This document shows positions 1 through 8,145 of a DNA stretch of 64,000 bases, piece by piece; the stretch's first letter is position 1; the number at the start of each line of letters is the position of its first letter. Location of the stretch: IMG/VR virus record IMGVR_UViG_3300042305_001773, positions 141,045 through 205,044 of that record; one strand, 5' to 3'. A program made the position numbers and the translations under genes. The notes beneath the pieces were generated by a model that was not told the DNA's origin, ran no database searches, and worked only from the letters and a program-made list of their open reading frames with translations.

Positions 1-21
1 CAAGATAGATATCAATACCCA

Positions 22-252
22 TTACTTGTTTACCTTTTGCCGTTTGAGGGTGTCGAGCCACGCAGATTTGTCTGTTTCTGAAACGGAAATTGCTGAACTG
101 CGGTTAGCCGGTAGTTTGACAATTTTTTTGTTGTCACATTTGCCGGTGGCGGCGGCAGTCATGGCAATCAATTCAGCCGATTTTCTATCTGTCGCATTGA
201 CAACAAATTGCTGGTTTTCGCTGTCGGTAATATCAATGTGGTAATAGGGCAT
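22..252 (-). CDS. hypothetical protein
   Basis: 76-aa ORF with GGAG Shine-Dalgarno (SD) upstream of the ATG; same strand as neighbours. Confidence 0.6.
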   Translation of the reverse strand: MPYYHIDITDSENQQFVVNATDRKSAELIAMTAAATGKCDNKKIVKLPANRSSAISVSETDKSAWLDTLKRQKVNK

Positions 253-271
253 GTGTGCTCCAGTTAAATGA

Positions 272-305
272 GGAGGGCGCCGGGGCCGAAACCCCGACGC
301 CCTCC
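272..305 (-). terminator. GC-rich stem-loop after the 340..669 gene, probable intrinsic terminator
   Basis: Minus strand GGAGGGCGTCGGGGT-TTCG-GCCCCGGCGCCCTCC. Both mismatches are G-U pairs on this strand only. The U-tract (TCATTT) is weak. Confidence 0.6.
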
Positions 306-339
306 ATGGCGTTTAAAGTCGGTACCTACAGCCGGTAGT

Positions 340-669
340 TCACCGGCAGCAGCGGCAGCCGCGGCAGCTGCGGCAAGCGCGGACGGCGCGAACCGGAGCG
401 GCTACAACCTGCACCGGGACTTCTACCACGGCGCGGGTCACGGTGCGAGTCTTCTCGATCGTCCGCCCGAAAAGCCCCTCGCGGCACGAGCTGCGGCACG
501 AGCTTTCCGTGCAGCAGGTGCCGTTGGCGCAAGCCGTGGCGGGGGCAGCGGCGATTACGGCCGCGGCCTCCGGGGCCTGCTTCAGCACGCTCTGCGGCTC
601 ACCGGCATCGCCAGCGAGAACGACGGACGAAACGAACGCAAGAACAACCGCTGCAACACAAGACTTCAT
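340..669 (-). CDS. secreted Cys-rich small protein
   Basis: Signal-peptide-like N-terminus (MKSCVAAVVLAFVSSVVLA), 10 Cys in the mature part, AAGGAG SD. Confidence 0.75.
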   Translation of the reverse strand: MKSCVAAVVLAFVSSVVLAGDAGEPQSVLKQAPEAAAVIAAAPATACANGTCCTESSCRSSCREGLFGRTIEKTRTVTRAVVEVPVQVVAAPVRAVRACRSCRGCRCCR

Positions 670-719
670 GTCAATCTCCTTGAACTACCGAACAAATACT
701 CCGACACGCGTCGGTGTAA

Positions 720-766
720 CCTGCTCAGCTGTACTATCTGTATAGCTGAGCGGGATTTGATTGCAA
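720..766 (-). promoter_or_regulatory. sigma70-like promoter (TTGCAA-N16-TATACA) overlapped by an inverted repeat
   Basis: -35 at 766..761, -10 at 744..739; perfect 8-bp arms at 723-730 and 744-751 with a 13-nt spacer. Confidence 0.55.
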
Positions 767-815
767 CCCCAAAAATCAACATAGATTATGGGGAGTTTTG
801 GCAAAATGCGTAACG

Positions 816-1082
816 CTATTCGCGCACGACGTGCACGTTGTACCAACGCATTTGATTATTCAACCACCTAGCTTCGGCGTCGAGGGCTTCGGCGCGCGAG
901 GTAAACCCTGTGAACAACGGACCACCGACGGGAGCCATATCAGCTATCCATTCGCCGGGTCTGCGTGCATCTGGTTCGACGTGGCTCGCTCGTTTGATGT
1001 CCAACGCGCCGAGCGCTTTCAAATCAATCTCTTCGCCGTAAAGGCATTGAGCCGCGCCGTTAGGTCGCACAAAAATTTGCAT
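816..1082 (-). CDS. small conserved protein with RASHVEP motif, recalled as accompanying DUF1257/DUF2997/AAA clusters
   Basis: Motif KRASHVEPD...W.ADMAPVGGP...R.EAL.AE..WL, recalled from planctomycete gene clusters; not searched. Confidence 0.65.
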   Translation of the reverse strand: MQIFVRPNGAAQCLYGEEIDLKALGALDIKRASHVEPDARRPGEWIADMAPVGGPLFTGFTSRAEALDAEARWLNNQMRWYNVHVVRE

Positions 1083-1089
1083 GGGCGCC

Positions 1090-2091
1090 TCACATCGAGA
1101 TTAAACGGCGGGTTGGAATCAATTCGTTCATATTTACAGGCGGCCGCAGATTAGCCGCAGCGGTGGGCCTGTACAGGTTTTGCTGCCGCTGGTCGGAACG
1201 CGACACGTTAAACGCGTTAAACTGATCTATCCGATCAATAAACGTGTTTGCAAACAGCGCCTGATCGTGGGTGTCTACTCGCGTATAACGACCAACAGTC
1301 GAGTCGTGCTGCGGGCGGAAAATGATATGCCCGCCGGCAACGACCGAGTGGCCGCAAAACGCGATAAGCGCATTGATCTGGTCGGCGTTTGCGATGATTG
1401 CGTAATCAACAACTTTGAGTCGCGACATTTCAATCGTCGGGTCATCCTCGGCGCGCGAATAGATCGACACCTGCATCAGCTTGCTTCCAACTACCTGCGC
1501 TTTTCCGGCAACAGTTACAAAACCGCGCAATGACGAGCTGCTGACCTGTGCTTCGCCGCCGATGTACGACATGCCGTCTAGCGCTACTTGGATTGCTACT
1601 GCGCGGCCGGCAACGCCGCTGCTGCCGCGAATTGTACAGCTGATTACACGCGCGGCGTCACGCACAAACGCGTCATCGTACACGTTAGTAGAACCAGATA
1701 CGGTGCCGCCATATGCGCGAGAGTTGCCCCACAGCTGGCTGTCTTCACCAACGTGCGCACGACCGCTCACAATAGCGTTATTTCGTACGCGCACATTATC
1801 GCGAACGACCGCGTTGCCGCACACGTGAGATCGGTCCATCACGCTGACTCGGCCCTCTACGGTGGCGTTGTGGTACACCTGCGCCCATTTAGTGACTAGT
1901 ACAGAATCAGCCACTTTTGCTGTGTCGGCGACCCAGCCATTGCCGTTTACGTGGCGATGCGCAAACACGCGTCCACGCCCGTCTTTGAAATCGTGTTTAG
2001 ATGCTCGCTTTTTTCGGGGTTTTACTGCGGGCATCTCGACCGTCGGCGCTTCAAGTACGCCGACGGCCCCGTTTTTCTGTTCCTCCATCAC
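1090..2091 (-). CDS. left-handed beta-helix (hexapeptide repeat) protein
   Basis: AHRHVNGNGWVADTA leader followed by hexapeptide periodicity (VCGNAV VRDNVR VRNNAI VSGRAH VGEDSQ LWGNSR). Confidence 0.8.
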   Translation of the reverse strand: MMEEQKNGAVGVLEAPTVEMPAVKPRKKRASKHDFKDGRGRVFAHRHVNGNGWVADTAKVADSVLVTKWAQVYHNATVEGRVSVMDRSHVCGNAVVRDNVRVRNNAIVSGRAHVGEDSQLWGNSRAYGGTVSGSTNVYDDAFVRDAARVISCTIRGSSGVAGRAVAIQVALDGMSYIGGEAQVSSSSLRGFVTVAGKAQVVGSKLMQVSIYSRAEDDPTIEMSRLKVVDYAIIANADQINALIAFCGHSVVAGGHIIFRPQHDSTVGRYTRVDTHDQALFANTFIDRIDQFNAFNVSRSDQRQQNLYRPTAAANLRPPVNMNELIPTRRLISM

Positions 2092-3035
2092 GACTCCATG
2101 GGAAGTACACGACGCCGCGGGGCGTTCGTGATCAGGTTGTCCAGCGCGGTCTTGACTTCGCCCATCTGCTGGGTCAAGTTCTGCCGCAAGTTGGTGTTCT
2201 TGCGCAGATCTTTCACGTCGACACCCGAAACAATGTCAGTAGCGCGCTGAATTAAGTTATCCAGCTGCGCGTTTGAGCGAATATTCATTTGCCGGAAGTT
2301 GTCATAAAACTCTTTAAAGTTTTCGATTGCAGAGTTTTGAAACTTCTTTTTCGTGCCGTCCGGTTCGTCGGTTAGCCGCTCGATCAGGTGCGAGATCATG
2401 TCCTGTAGCTGCTCGGCAAACGCGTTTTCAGCCATGACTACCGCTGTCTCGAACCGATGCTGCACGCGCTGCTGTTCCTGCTGATACAGCTCAGGATTGA
2501 ACGTCATCAGATAGTTCGGCGGATCGACCGGCGGGTACTCCCACCGAAGATCAAACACGCCTTCTAGCGACGGCGGATAGTCGTTGGGGTTGTACAGATC
2601 GCCTAGCTTTTCGCGGGCGGCGACTTTGATCGCTTCGTATTCCAGCTGCAGGTTTGCGGCCGCCACCACAAGCTGCTCTTTGTATTCGCGCATCCGGGTT
2701 TCAAACGCGCCGATGTCAGCCTGCTTGATGAGGCGCACGCCTTCCTGCGGATATGGCAGCGTCATGGAGCGCCAGTACGCCGACGCCTGACTTTTGAGCG
2801 TTGTCAGTACACGATAAGTTGTATTCTTAGTATCAATCAGGCGCTTGGATGCCGTGACCAGATCCGTGGCTGCGTGAAACGTATCCGCGGCTTGCTTGGT
2901 CTGCGCGTCCGAAAGCTTGCGCTGCGTTCCTAGCCACGAGAACGACAGCTTGACCGCACCCATCGTCTGACGCAGCTCGCTTGCAGTCTGCTCGACTGTT
3001 GTGTTTTCTTCGGGCGTTGTGTCGGCTGTAGACAT
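2088..3035 (-). CDS. DUF3150-like alpha-helical protein
   Basis: SW.G..RKL ... SKRLID ... LPY..G..L ... Y.P.DYP ... F...W pattern; lies in the AAA ATPase cluster. Confidence 0.55.
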   Translation of the reverse strand: MSTADTTPEENTTVEQTASELRQTMGAVKLSFSWLGTQRKLSDAQTKQAADTFHAATDLVTASKRLIDTKNTTYRVLTTLKSQASAYWRSMTLPYPQEGVRLIKQADIGAFETRMREYKEQLVVAAANLQLEYEAIKVAAREKLGDLYNPNDYPPSLEGVFDLRWEYPPVDPPNYLMTFNPELYQQEQQRVQHRFETAVVMAENAFAEQLQDMISHLIERLTDEPDGTKKKFQNSAIENFKEFYDNFRQMNIRSNAQLDNLIQRATDIVSGVDVKDLRKNTNLRQNLTQQMGEVKTALDNLITNAPRRRVLPMES

Positions 3036-3635
3036 TCAGTCTCCTTCTTCGTCTGTGTCAAGTTCTTCTTCAATTGTTTGCTCCACCCATTCGTCTATCG
3101 CAAACGCCTTGACGAGATCGCGCGGTAATTTCGCTAGATCTTCAAAGTCGCTTGGGATGTTGAAATCTGTAAGCTTTCCGTCGCGGTACACACCACAGAA
3201 CCCTACGCCCGGCTCGAAGCAGTAGGCTGTGATATCAAAACCCTCAACGGTCCGCAGGTGGTCAAAGAATTGAATTGGGGGCGACCACGCGGAATCAAAC
3301 GTTAGCGTCAGCTGCGTAGCTTTTGCCGGAAGTCGGCGGGGCGACTGATCTGTCTCGCGCCCTACGTCCCACTTTGTCCCCCAATGACCGACCTGCCAGT
3401 CGTACCAGTTTCTCGCTCCGTACAACTCGATGTTTTGCCGTTCTTGCGCCTCTAAAGCCAGTTGTGCGTCAGACCCGGTAGGGCCAGCACAACCGGCGAT
3501 AGTCGCTTTTAATTCGGCTGGGCACGGCAGAAATGTACCCATCAGACAACCACTGTTCCATGCGCGCACCAACTTGTGCAACTGCTCCGGGTCGTTGTGT
3601 TTAAACGTAACTCTGTTGGCGCACCAGTTAGGCAT
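3036..3635 (-). CDS. Api92/YubB-type ferredoxin-like domain protein
   Basis: MPNWCANR, NWYDW...WGTKWDV, FDSAWSPP and EPG.GFCG motifs; start moved to the ATG at 3635. Confidence 0.8.
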   Translation of the reverse strand: MPNWCANRVTFKHNDPEQLHKLVRAWNSGCLMGTFLPCPAELKATIAGCAGPTGSDAQLALEAQERQNIELYGARNWYDWQVGHWGTKWDVGRETDQSPRRLPAKATQLTLTFDSAWSPPIQFFDHLRTVEGFDITAYCFEPGVGFCGVYRDGKLTDFNIPSDFEDLAKLPRDLVKAFAIDEWVEQTIEEELDTDEEGD

Positions 3636-3653
3636 AATGTTTGCCGGCAATCC

Positions 3654-3685
3654 GCAGCTGCGGGGCAGTTACGCCCCGCAGCCGC
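3654..3685 (-). terminator. 13-bp stem-loop between the AAA ATPase and YubB-like genes
   Basis: GCGGCTGCGGGGC-GTAACT-GCCCCGCAGCTGC with one G-U pair on the minus strand; no U-tract, so it may be a processing or stability hairpin. Confidence 0.4.
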
Positions 3686-3699
3686 AGTATTGCTAGCAC

Positions 3700-5184
3700 T
3701 TAGCCTTTCGCCGGCGCCGCGACACGGCGCGGGCGCTGCGTTGTAACCGCCGGCTTACCAACACGCGTGTAAATACCGCGGTTGTCAGCCGACAGGCAGC
3801 GACCTTCAGCCCAGCCGCGCAGACGCTCAATCTGCTCGGCCGACGTCACCGAAATCGGTACCACGTTCTGTGCCGCTTCAACAAGCGGGATATCGAGCAG
3901 CGCCGCGAGCCTGCAGCACGACTTGATCTCGGCGCCGGTCCAGTTGGCGTCATCCGGCTTTTCCTGCGACTCGTCTACGCCGAAGTGCTTCAGGTAGATA
4001 TCCCAGATCGCCGCGCGCTGATCGGCGCCGGGCAGATCCACAAAGAAGATACCGTCGAAGCGCTCGGCGCGGGCAAACGGCGCCGGCAGCTGGCTGGCGT
4101 CGTTGCAGGTGCCGATGAAGAACACATCGGACGTGTGGTCGTTGAGCCACGTCAGCAGCGTGCCGAAAAGACGCGCCGAGACGCCCGAGTCTGTCTGGCC
4201 GGAGCTTCCGACGCCGGCAAGACCCTTCTCGATCTCGTCGACGAACAGAACGCACGGGGCCATGGCGTCGACCTGCTTGAGTGCACGCCGCATATTACCC
4301 TCGGACTCGCCCACGAACTTACCCATGAGCGAACCGAAATCCAGCATTACGGTCGGACGGCCGACCTCGTTGCCAAGTGCTTTGGCAAACTGCGACTTGC
4401 CGCAGCCCGGAGGCGACAGCAGTAGCACGCCCTTGGGGCGCTTTTCTACGTTGGTCTCACCCTGTCGTCGCATAGCGCGCAGGCAGAAACTCTTAAGGTT
4501 TTCGAGACCGCCAAGGTTCTCGAAGTTCGCGTCGCCACGATACAGCGTCATCGTTCCGCTCTTTTCGAGCGTCTGTGCCTTGATGCCCCAGATCGTATCC
4601 GGCGACAGCTTGTTATTGCGCACCAGCGACAGCGCGAACGCGTTCTCGGCCTCCTGCCGCGTCAGGCCGCGTGAGGCGTCGACGACAGCAGCTACGTCCT
4701 GCTCGGCCGGCTTGGCGAACGGAGAGCCGTCCGGGAACAGCTCGTTGCAGACCGTGGTCAGCTGCGGGAGATCCGGCAGCTCGTGATGCACTACCGTGAA
4801 CAGCTTCTCAACCTCGGGCTGCAGCTGCAGCACCGGCGCCACGATAATGATATGTTTGCCCTCGCCCTTGCCCTGCACCACACGATTGGCCAGAGCCTGC
4901 AGCACCTCGGGGTTACCAAGGAAGCGATGAAAATTCTTCAGGACGAGCAGCATCGGCTGCTTGGGCTGCGGCTGGTCGAGAAACCGCAACGCCTGAAGCG
5001 GGCCGGGAGCCGGGGCGGCACCCGAATACAGCTGGCGGTCGATGTCCCACACATCAAAACCCCAGTCCTTTTCTTCAGTTACGCGGCGAATCGACGCAAT
5101 TGCGTCATCGCACTCCTGTGATTCAACCCAGATGCCGGAGAAGCCGGCGCAAACCAGCTCCTTGATTTCTTTTTCGAGCGACAC
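3700..5184 (-). CDS. Ycf46-like AAA+ ATPase (degenerate N-terminal AAA-like domain plus active AAA domain)
   Basis: GGLENLK, Walker A SPPGCGKS, Walker B VLFVDEIEK, R.ERFD.IFFVDLP, WTGAEIK. Confidence 0.9.
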   Translation of the reverse strand: MSLEKEIKELVCAGFSGIWVESQECDDAIASIRRVTEEKDWGFDVWDIDRQLYSGAAPAPGPLQALRFLDQPQPKQPMLLVLKNFHRFLGNPEVLQALANRVVQGKGEGKHIIIVAPVLQLQPEVEKLFTVVHHELPDLPQLTTVCNELFPDGSPFAKPAEQDVAAVVDASRGLTRQEAENAFALSLVRNNKLSPDTIWGIKAQTLEKSGTMTLYRGDANFENLGGLENLKSFCLRAMRRQGETNVEKRPKGVLLLSPPGCGKSQFAKALGNEVGRPTVMLDFGSLMGKFVGESEGNMRRALKQVDAMAPCVLFVDEIEKGLAGVGSSGQTDSGVSARLFGTLLTWLNDHTSDVFFIGTCNDASQLPAPFARAERFDGIFFVDLPGADQRAAIWDIYLKHFGVDESQEKPDDANWTGAEIKSCCRLAALLDIPLVEAAQNVVPISVTSAEQIERLRGWAEGRCLSADNRGIYTRVGKPAVTTQRPRRVAAPAKG

Positions 5185-5223
5185 GTGTGACCTTTGGTTT
5201 GGTTTGGAAAAGACCCGCTATTG

Positions 5224-5415
5224 TCAGTTGCTTTCAGCGATCTGCTCGTCGTTGCTGGCGGCGTAGAACTCGCCCGTCAGCTGCTCGTCCACTTTTGCGC
5301 CCAGCGCTTGCTCAAGCGCGCGGGTTGCGTCCTGACAAGAGCTACCGGTAAAGCCGCTCGTTTCGATCTTGGTGCCGCCCTTGGGGTCGACAATGATTTC
5401 GATGGTCTTCGACAT
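5224..5415 (-). CDS. DUF2997 family protein
   Basis: IEIIVDPKGGTKIETSGFTGSSCQDATRALEQALG matches the DUF2997 pattern; 63 aa, next to DUF1257. Confidence 0.8.
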   Translation of the reverse strand: MSKTIEIIVDPKGGTKIETSGFTGSSCQDATRALEQALGAKVDEQLTGEFYAASNDEQIAESN

Positions 5416-5417
5416 GC

Positions 5418-5783
5418 TTAGAAACCTCCCGTCAGGCTGAGTTTGACCGAACCGTCCGGCAGCATTTCCTCGAACACCGAGTAGCCGCCCTTCTGCGCCT
5501 CATAGATCGCCTTTTCCACCGCGTACGCCTGCAGGAAATGATCCAGCTCTTCCTGCTTGCCCCACGCGCCGTTGTAGTTGTCGTACGCCGCGGCACCCGT
5601 CTCCGTGTTAAACACGGCCGGATACTGCCAGCCGGGAAGCTTTACAGCGAGGCCGTCCGCCGACTGCCCGGCAAACAGCACATGGTGCCCGGCTTTCGGG
5701 GCCTCAAGCCCGAGACGCTTGCAGGCCGCTTCAATCGCGGCGGCGTCCTTTACTTCCGTCTTGATCTGAACAATGTGAGACAT
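5418..5783 (-). CDS. DUF1257 (Ycf35-like) protein
   Basis: MSH...IKTEVKD...I.AAC..LG start, YA.E......GY and EE...DGSVKL end. Confidence 0.8.
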   Translation of the reverse strand: MSHIVQIKTEVKDAAAIEAACKRLGLEAPKAGHHVLFAGQSADGLAVKLPGWQYPAVFNTETGAAAYDNYNGAWGKQEELDHFLQAYAVEKAIYEAQKGGYSVFEEMLPDGSVKLSLTGGF

Positions 5784-5807
5784 GTTTAGCCTCTTCTGTC
5801 CTTTGCT

Positions 5808-6107
5808 TTAAGGTAGTTCTTGAAGTGCACACACAATTGTGTTTTCAAATTGTTCCGGCGAGATGTAATCATTGCCGGCAAAATATTCCAATACAGCAAC
5901 CGCGGTTTTGCGGTCATAAACCTGTTTAAATTCGCGAGGGCCGCGCGGCGTATCCAGACGATACTCAGTTATGTCGTGAAGTGTCACAACTTCTGGTATC
6001 GCCAGCACGTCTTTGTATTTCGTGCGTATCGCGTCTAACTCATCAAGCGCGGTCAGGATTCGCTCGCGATCGTTAGCATAAGAACTATCGTTCGCGTACG
6101 GTGTCAT
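5808..6107 (-). CDS. hypothetical protein
   Basis: ATG at 6107 overlaps the upstream stop (ATGA). Confidence 0.6.
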   Translation of the reverse strand: MTPYANDSSYANDRERILTALDELDAIRTKYKDVLAIPEVVTLHDITEYRLDTPRGPREFKQVYDRKTAVAVLEYFAGNDYISPEQFENTIVCALQELP

Positions 6108-6412
6108 CTGTAGGCTACGACCTCGGCGCGGGTTTCCACCCAAACGTGCGCGCCACAAGAAAGCGGCGAGTCGGGAGAATAGACAACCCGCGACTCGCCG
6201 CGCACGTCAACGGTTTTGGCCGCGTATGTTTTATTACGCCACTTAATAGTCAGCGGCGGTACGCGCAGGTTTTGATTTTTGTTGCTGCGAATAATGTGCT
6301 GGTTGACGTGTATGCGTTTAATTGTCCCAGCCGGCATTGTCATTTCATCAGCGTCCCCCGGGAAACGCAGCGGAATACGGGGCTCTAGCAGGCAGACGTC
6401 TTCTGTCGCCAT
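6104..6412 (-). CDS. conserved hypothetical phage protein
   Basis: IHVNQH.IR.N ... VYSPD.PLSCGA.VW.ET motif, common in large phages. Confidence 0.7.
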   Translation of the reverse strand: MATEDVCLLEPRIPLRFPGDADEMTMPAGTIKRIHVNQHIIRSNKNQNLRVPPLTIKWRNKTYAAKTVDVRGESRVVYSPDSPLSCGAHVWVETRAEVVAYR

Positions 6413-6484
6413 TGTGACGTTATTTATTCCGCGTCGGCTTGGTCGTCCGTGACCGTCGCCGAACGCGGTTTAAATAGACAGGCG

Positions 6485-7366
6485 TCAGGTCGCCATCATC
6501 GAGCGGAGCTGCTTGTGCGCCGAAAGAATCTCGGCGGCCGTCGTGTAACAGCCGTCGCACGTCTCCAGAAACGCAGACGCGGCGTTCAGCTGCTCCATCG
6601 GCAGCGTCGTCGTGCCGCTCGGCGCTTTCGCGACCGGGCGCTTCGGCGCAGCCTTGGCGGGTTCTGCCGCCTTGGTTGCGTGCTTGCGTCGCGCGGCGTC
6701 ACGGCTGCGCTCCTCGCCGGCGGCCACAGCCACCGCACCGCGCTTCGCCGGGGCAACGCCCGCCTTCTTCAACAGCTGGCTCACCTGAGCCGGGCTGACC
6801 GTTACACGCTTCTTGGCGAGCGCGGCCACGATGTCAACACCGCGGAGCGAATCGCCAGACTCCTGCCGACGCTCGATCTCCTCGCGGATGTGATCGGCGC
6901 CGCTCTTCTTCTCGGCCATGTCCTTCACCTTCCCTTTTGGGGTCTTGGTCGCCTTGGGCGCCTCGACCGGGTCATCGTCTTCGTCGGTCTCCACAGTGGA
7001 GTCGACAGCTTCGTCAGAAACCTCGTCGCCTTCTTCTGGCGCGTACTCGGTCTCGTCGTCGTCTTCGTCGATCTCTTCGTCGGGCAGCTTGGCAGCCGTC
7101 TCACGAACGTCTGTGCTGCCTTCGTCTTCGTAGTCGGCGTCTGCTTCCGCGTACGCCGCTTCGTCATCGACCGTGTCTTCTTCAAGCTCGGCGTCAACAT
7201 CTGCGTCAACGTCTTCGTCGTCGTAATCTTCTGGTGTCGCGAACCGCATCCGTGTGGTTCCTTTCTCCTTCTTCTTTTCTTTCTCTGCAGGCGCCTTGCT
7301 GGTTGCGCCCGGTAGTGGCTTCCCCCACAAATTTGCCGGACTCACAAACTCTTCAGCTTTGGCCAT
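6485..7366 (-). CDS. acidic N-terminal region fused to a planctomycete-type small DNA-binding (nucleoid-like) protein
   Basis: D/E-rich region at about aa 45-135; C-terminal KKS.ADHIRE...GVDIVAALAKK.VTVSPAQVS and a Lys/Ala/Pro-rich linker; GGAGAGGA SD. Confidence 0.65.
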   Translation of the reverse strand: MAKAEEFVSPANLWGKPLPGATSKAPAEKEKKKEKGTTRMRFATPEDYDDEDVDADVDAELEEDTVDDEAAYAEADADYEDEGSTDVRETAAKLPDEEIDEDDDETEYAPEEGDEVSDEAVDSTVETDEDDDPVEAPKATKTPKGKVKDMAEKKSGADHIREEIERRQESGDSLRGVDIVAALAKKRVTVSPAQVSQLLKKAGVAPAKRGAVAVAAGEERSRDAARRKHATKAAEPAKAAPKRPVAKAPSGTTTLPMEQLNAASAFLETCDGCYTTAAEILSAHKQLRSMMAT

Positions 7367-7390
7367 AGCGTCCTCTCCTAAAGCGCCGCC

Positions 7391-7408
7391 GGCCGAAACG
7401 TTTCGGCC
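7391..7408. promoter_or_regulatory. perfect 18-bp palindrome upstream of the 6485..7366 gene
   Basis: GGCCGAAACGTTTCGGCC; possible operator or 5' UTR hairpin. Confidence 0.4.
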
Positions 7409-7474
7409 TCGTCGTGCGGCTAAATGAAAAATACACCGCCGGAAACAAAAAGCAACTACCGTAGAAAACAGCGG

Positions 7475-7837
7475 TTATTTGCTGCTTCGGTAGTTGTCCG
7501 GCACGTTGCCGTCTTTGGTGCGAAGTACGCCGGCGTTTAGTTCTGGCCACTTTTCTAGCGAATGAATAGCGCCGATGACATTCCACGCCGCGTGCCCCAG
7601 ATGGTCTTCGCTGCGGTCGCCGTTCAAAAAATTATAGATGTGCGCGATCGCGTGATTCAGCAGGTCAGAGACGGGCATGCCGTTTTCCCAGTTGTATGGG
7701 CCAAATTTTTCAGCCCCTTCGTGGTAGGTCTGCGCGAGCGCCCGCAGACCGATCGGCGAAATTAGATCGTAACGCACGGCGTCACAATCAGCGCTGCGTA
7801 CCGCGCCAGTGTCGTACTCGTGACGTTCGTTACTCAT
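7475..7837 (-). CDS. dATP/dGTP diphosphohydrolase domain protein (DUF5664-like)
   Basis: TGAVRS...RYDLI.P..L..LA..Y..GAEK....NW..G ... H...H ... EDHL.HAAWN. Confidence 0.85.
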   Translation of the reverse strand: MSNERHEYDTGAVRSADCDAVRYDLISPIGLRALAQTYHEGAEKFGPYNWENGMPVSDLLNHAIAHIYNFLNGDRSEDHLGHAAWNVIGAIHSLEKWPELNAGVLRTKDGNVPDNYRSSK

Positions 7838-8145
7838 TAGAGATAACCTTCTTGTCGGAAAGCAAAATAGAGCCGCGGGTTGTCGTTGAACGCGACTGTG
7901 CCTCGAACACCGTCGACTTTTCTAATTACGTGTACGTAAGGCGGTTCAAAGTGCGACACCTCAAATGTGTCCAGTAATTGCTCGCTGCTCCAAACATGTT
8001 CGCCGTACTGCTCTTGCAATACTGTACGAATTTCGTCTAGCCCGCGGCGGTCAAGTTGTTCTTTGATAACATTACGCAACATCACGTGCCCGATGTCGAG
8101 CGGTATCTGCGTTGCCAGTTCTTTAACTTTGGGTGGTGTCGGCAT
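7837..8145 (-). CDS. conserved hypothetical phage protein
   Basis: VW.....L..FEV..F..PYV.V.RK.DG..G...F...PR.YF.F pattern; start moved to the ATG at 8145 (uncertain). Confidence 0.65.
   Translation of the reverse strand: MPTPPKVKELATQIPLDIGHVMLRNVIKEQLDRRGLDEIRTVLQEQYGEHVWSSEQLLDTFEVSHFEPPYVHVIRKVDGVRGTVAFNDNPRLYFAFRQEGYL

Noticed and set aside
7475-7837. Calling a Z-genome (2-aminoadenine) system
   Set aside because: No purZ or datZ in the window; this family alone is not diagnostic
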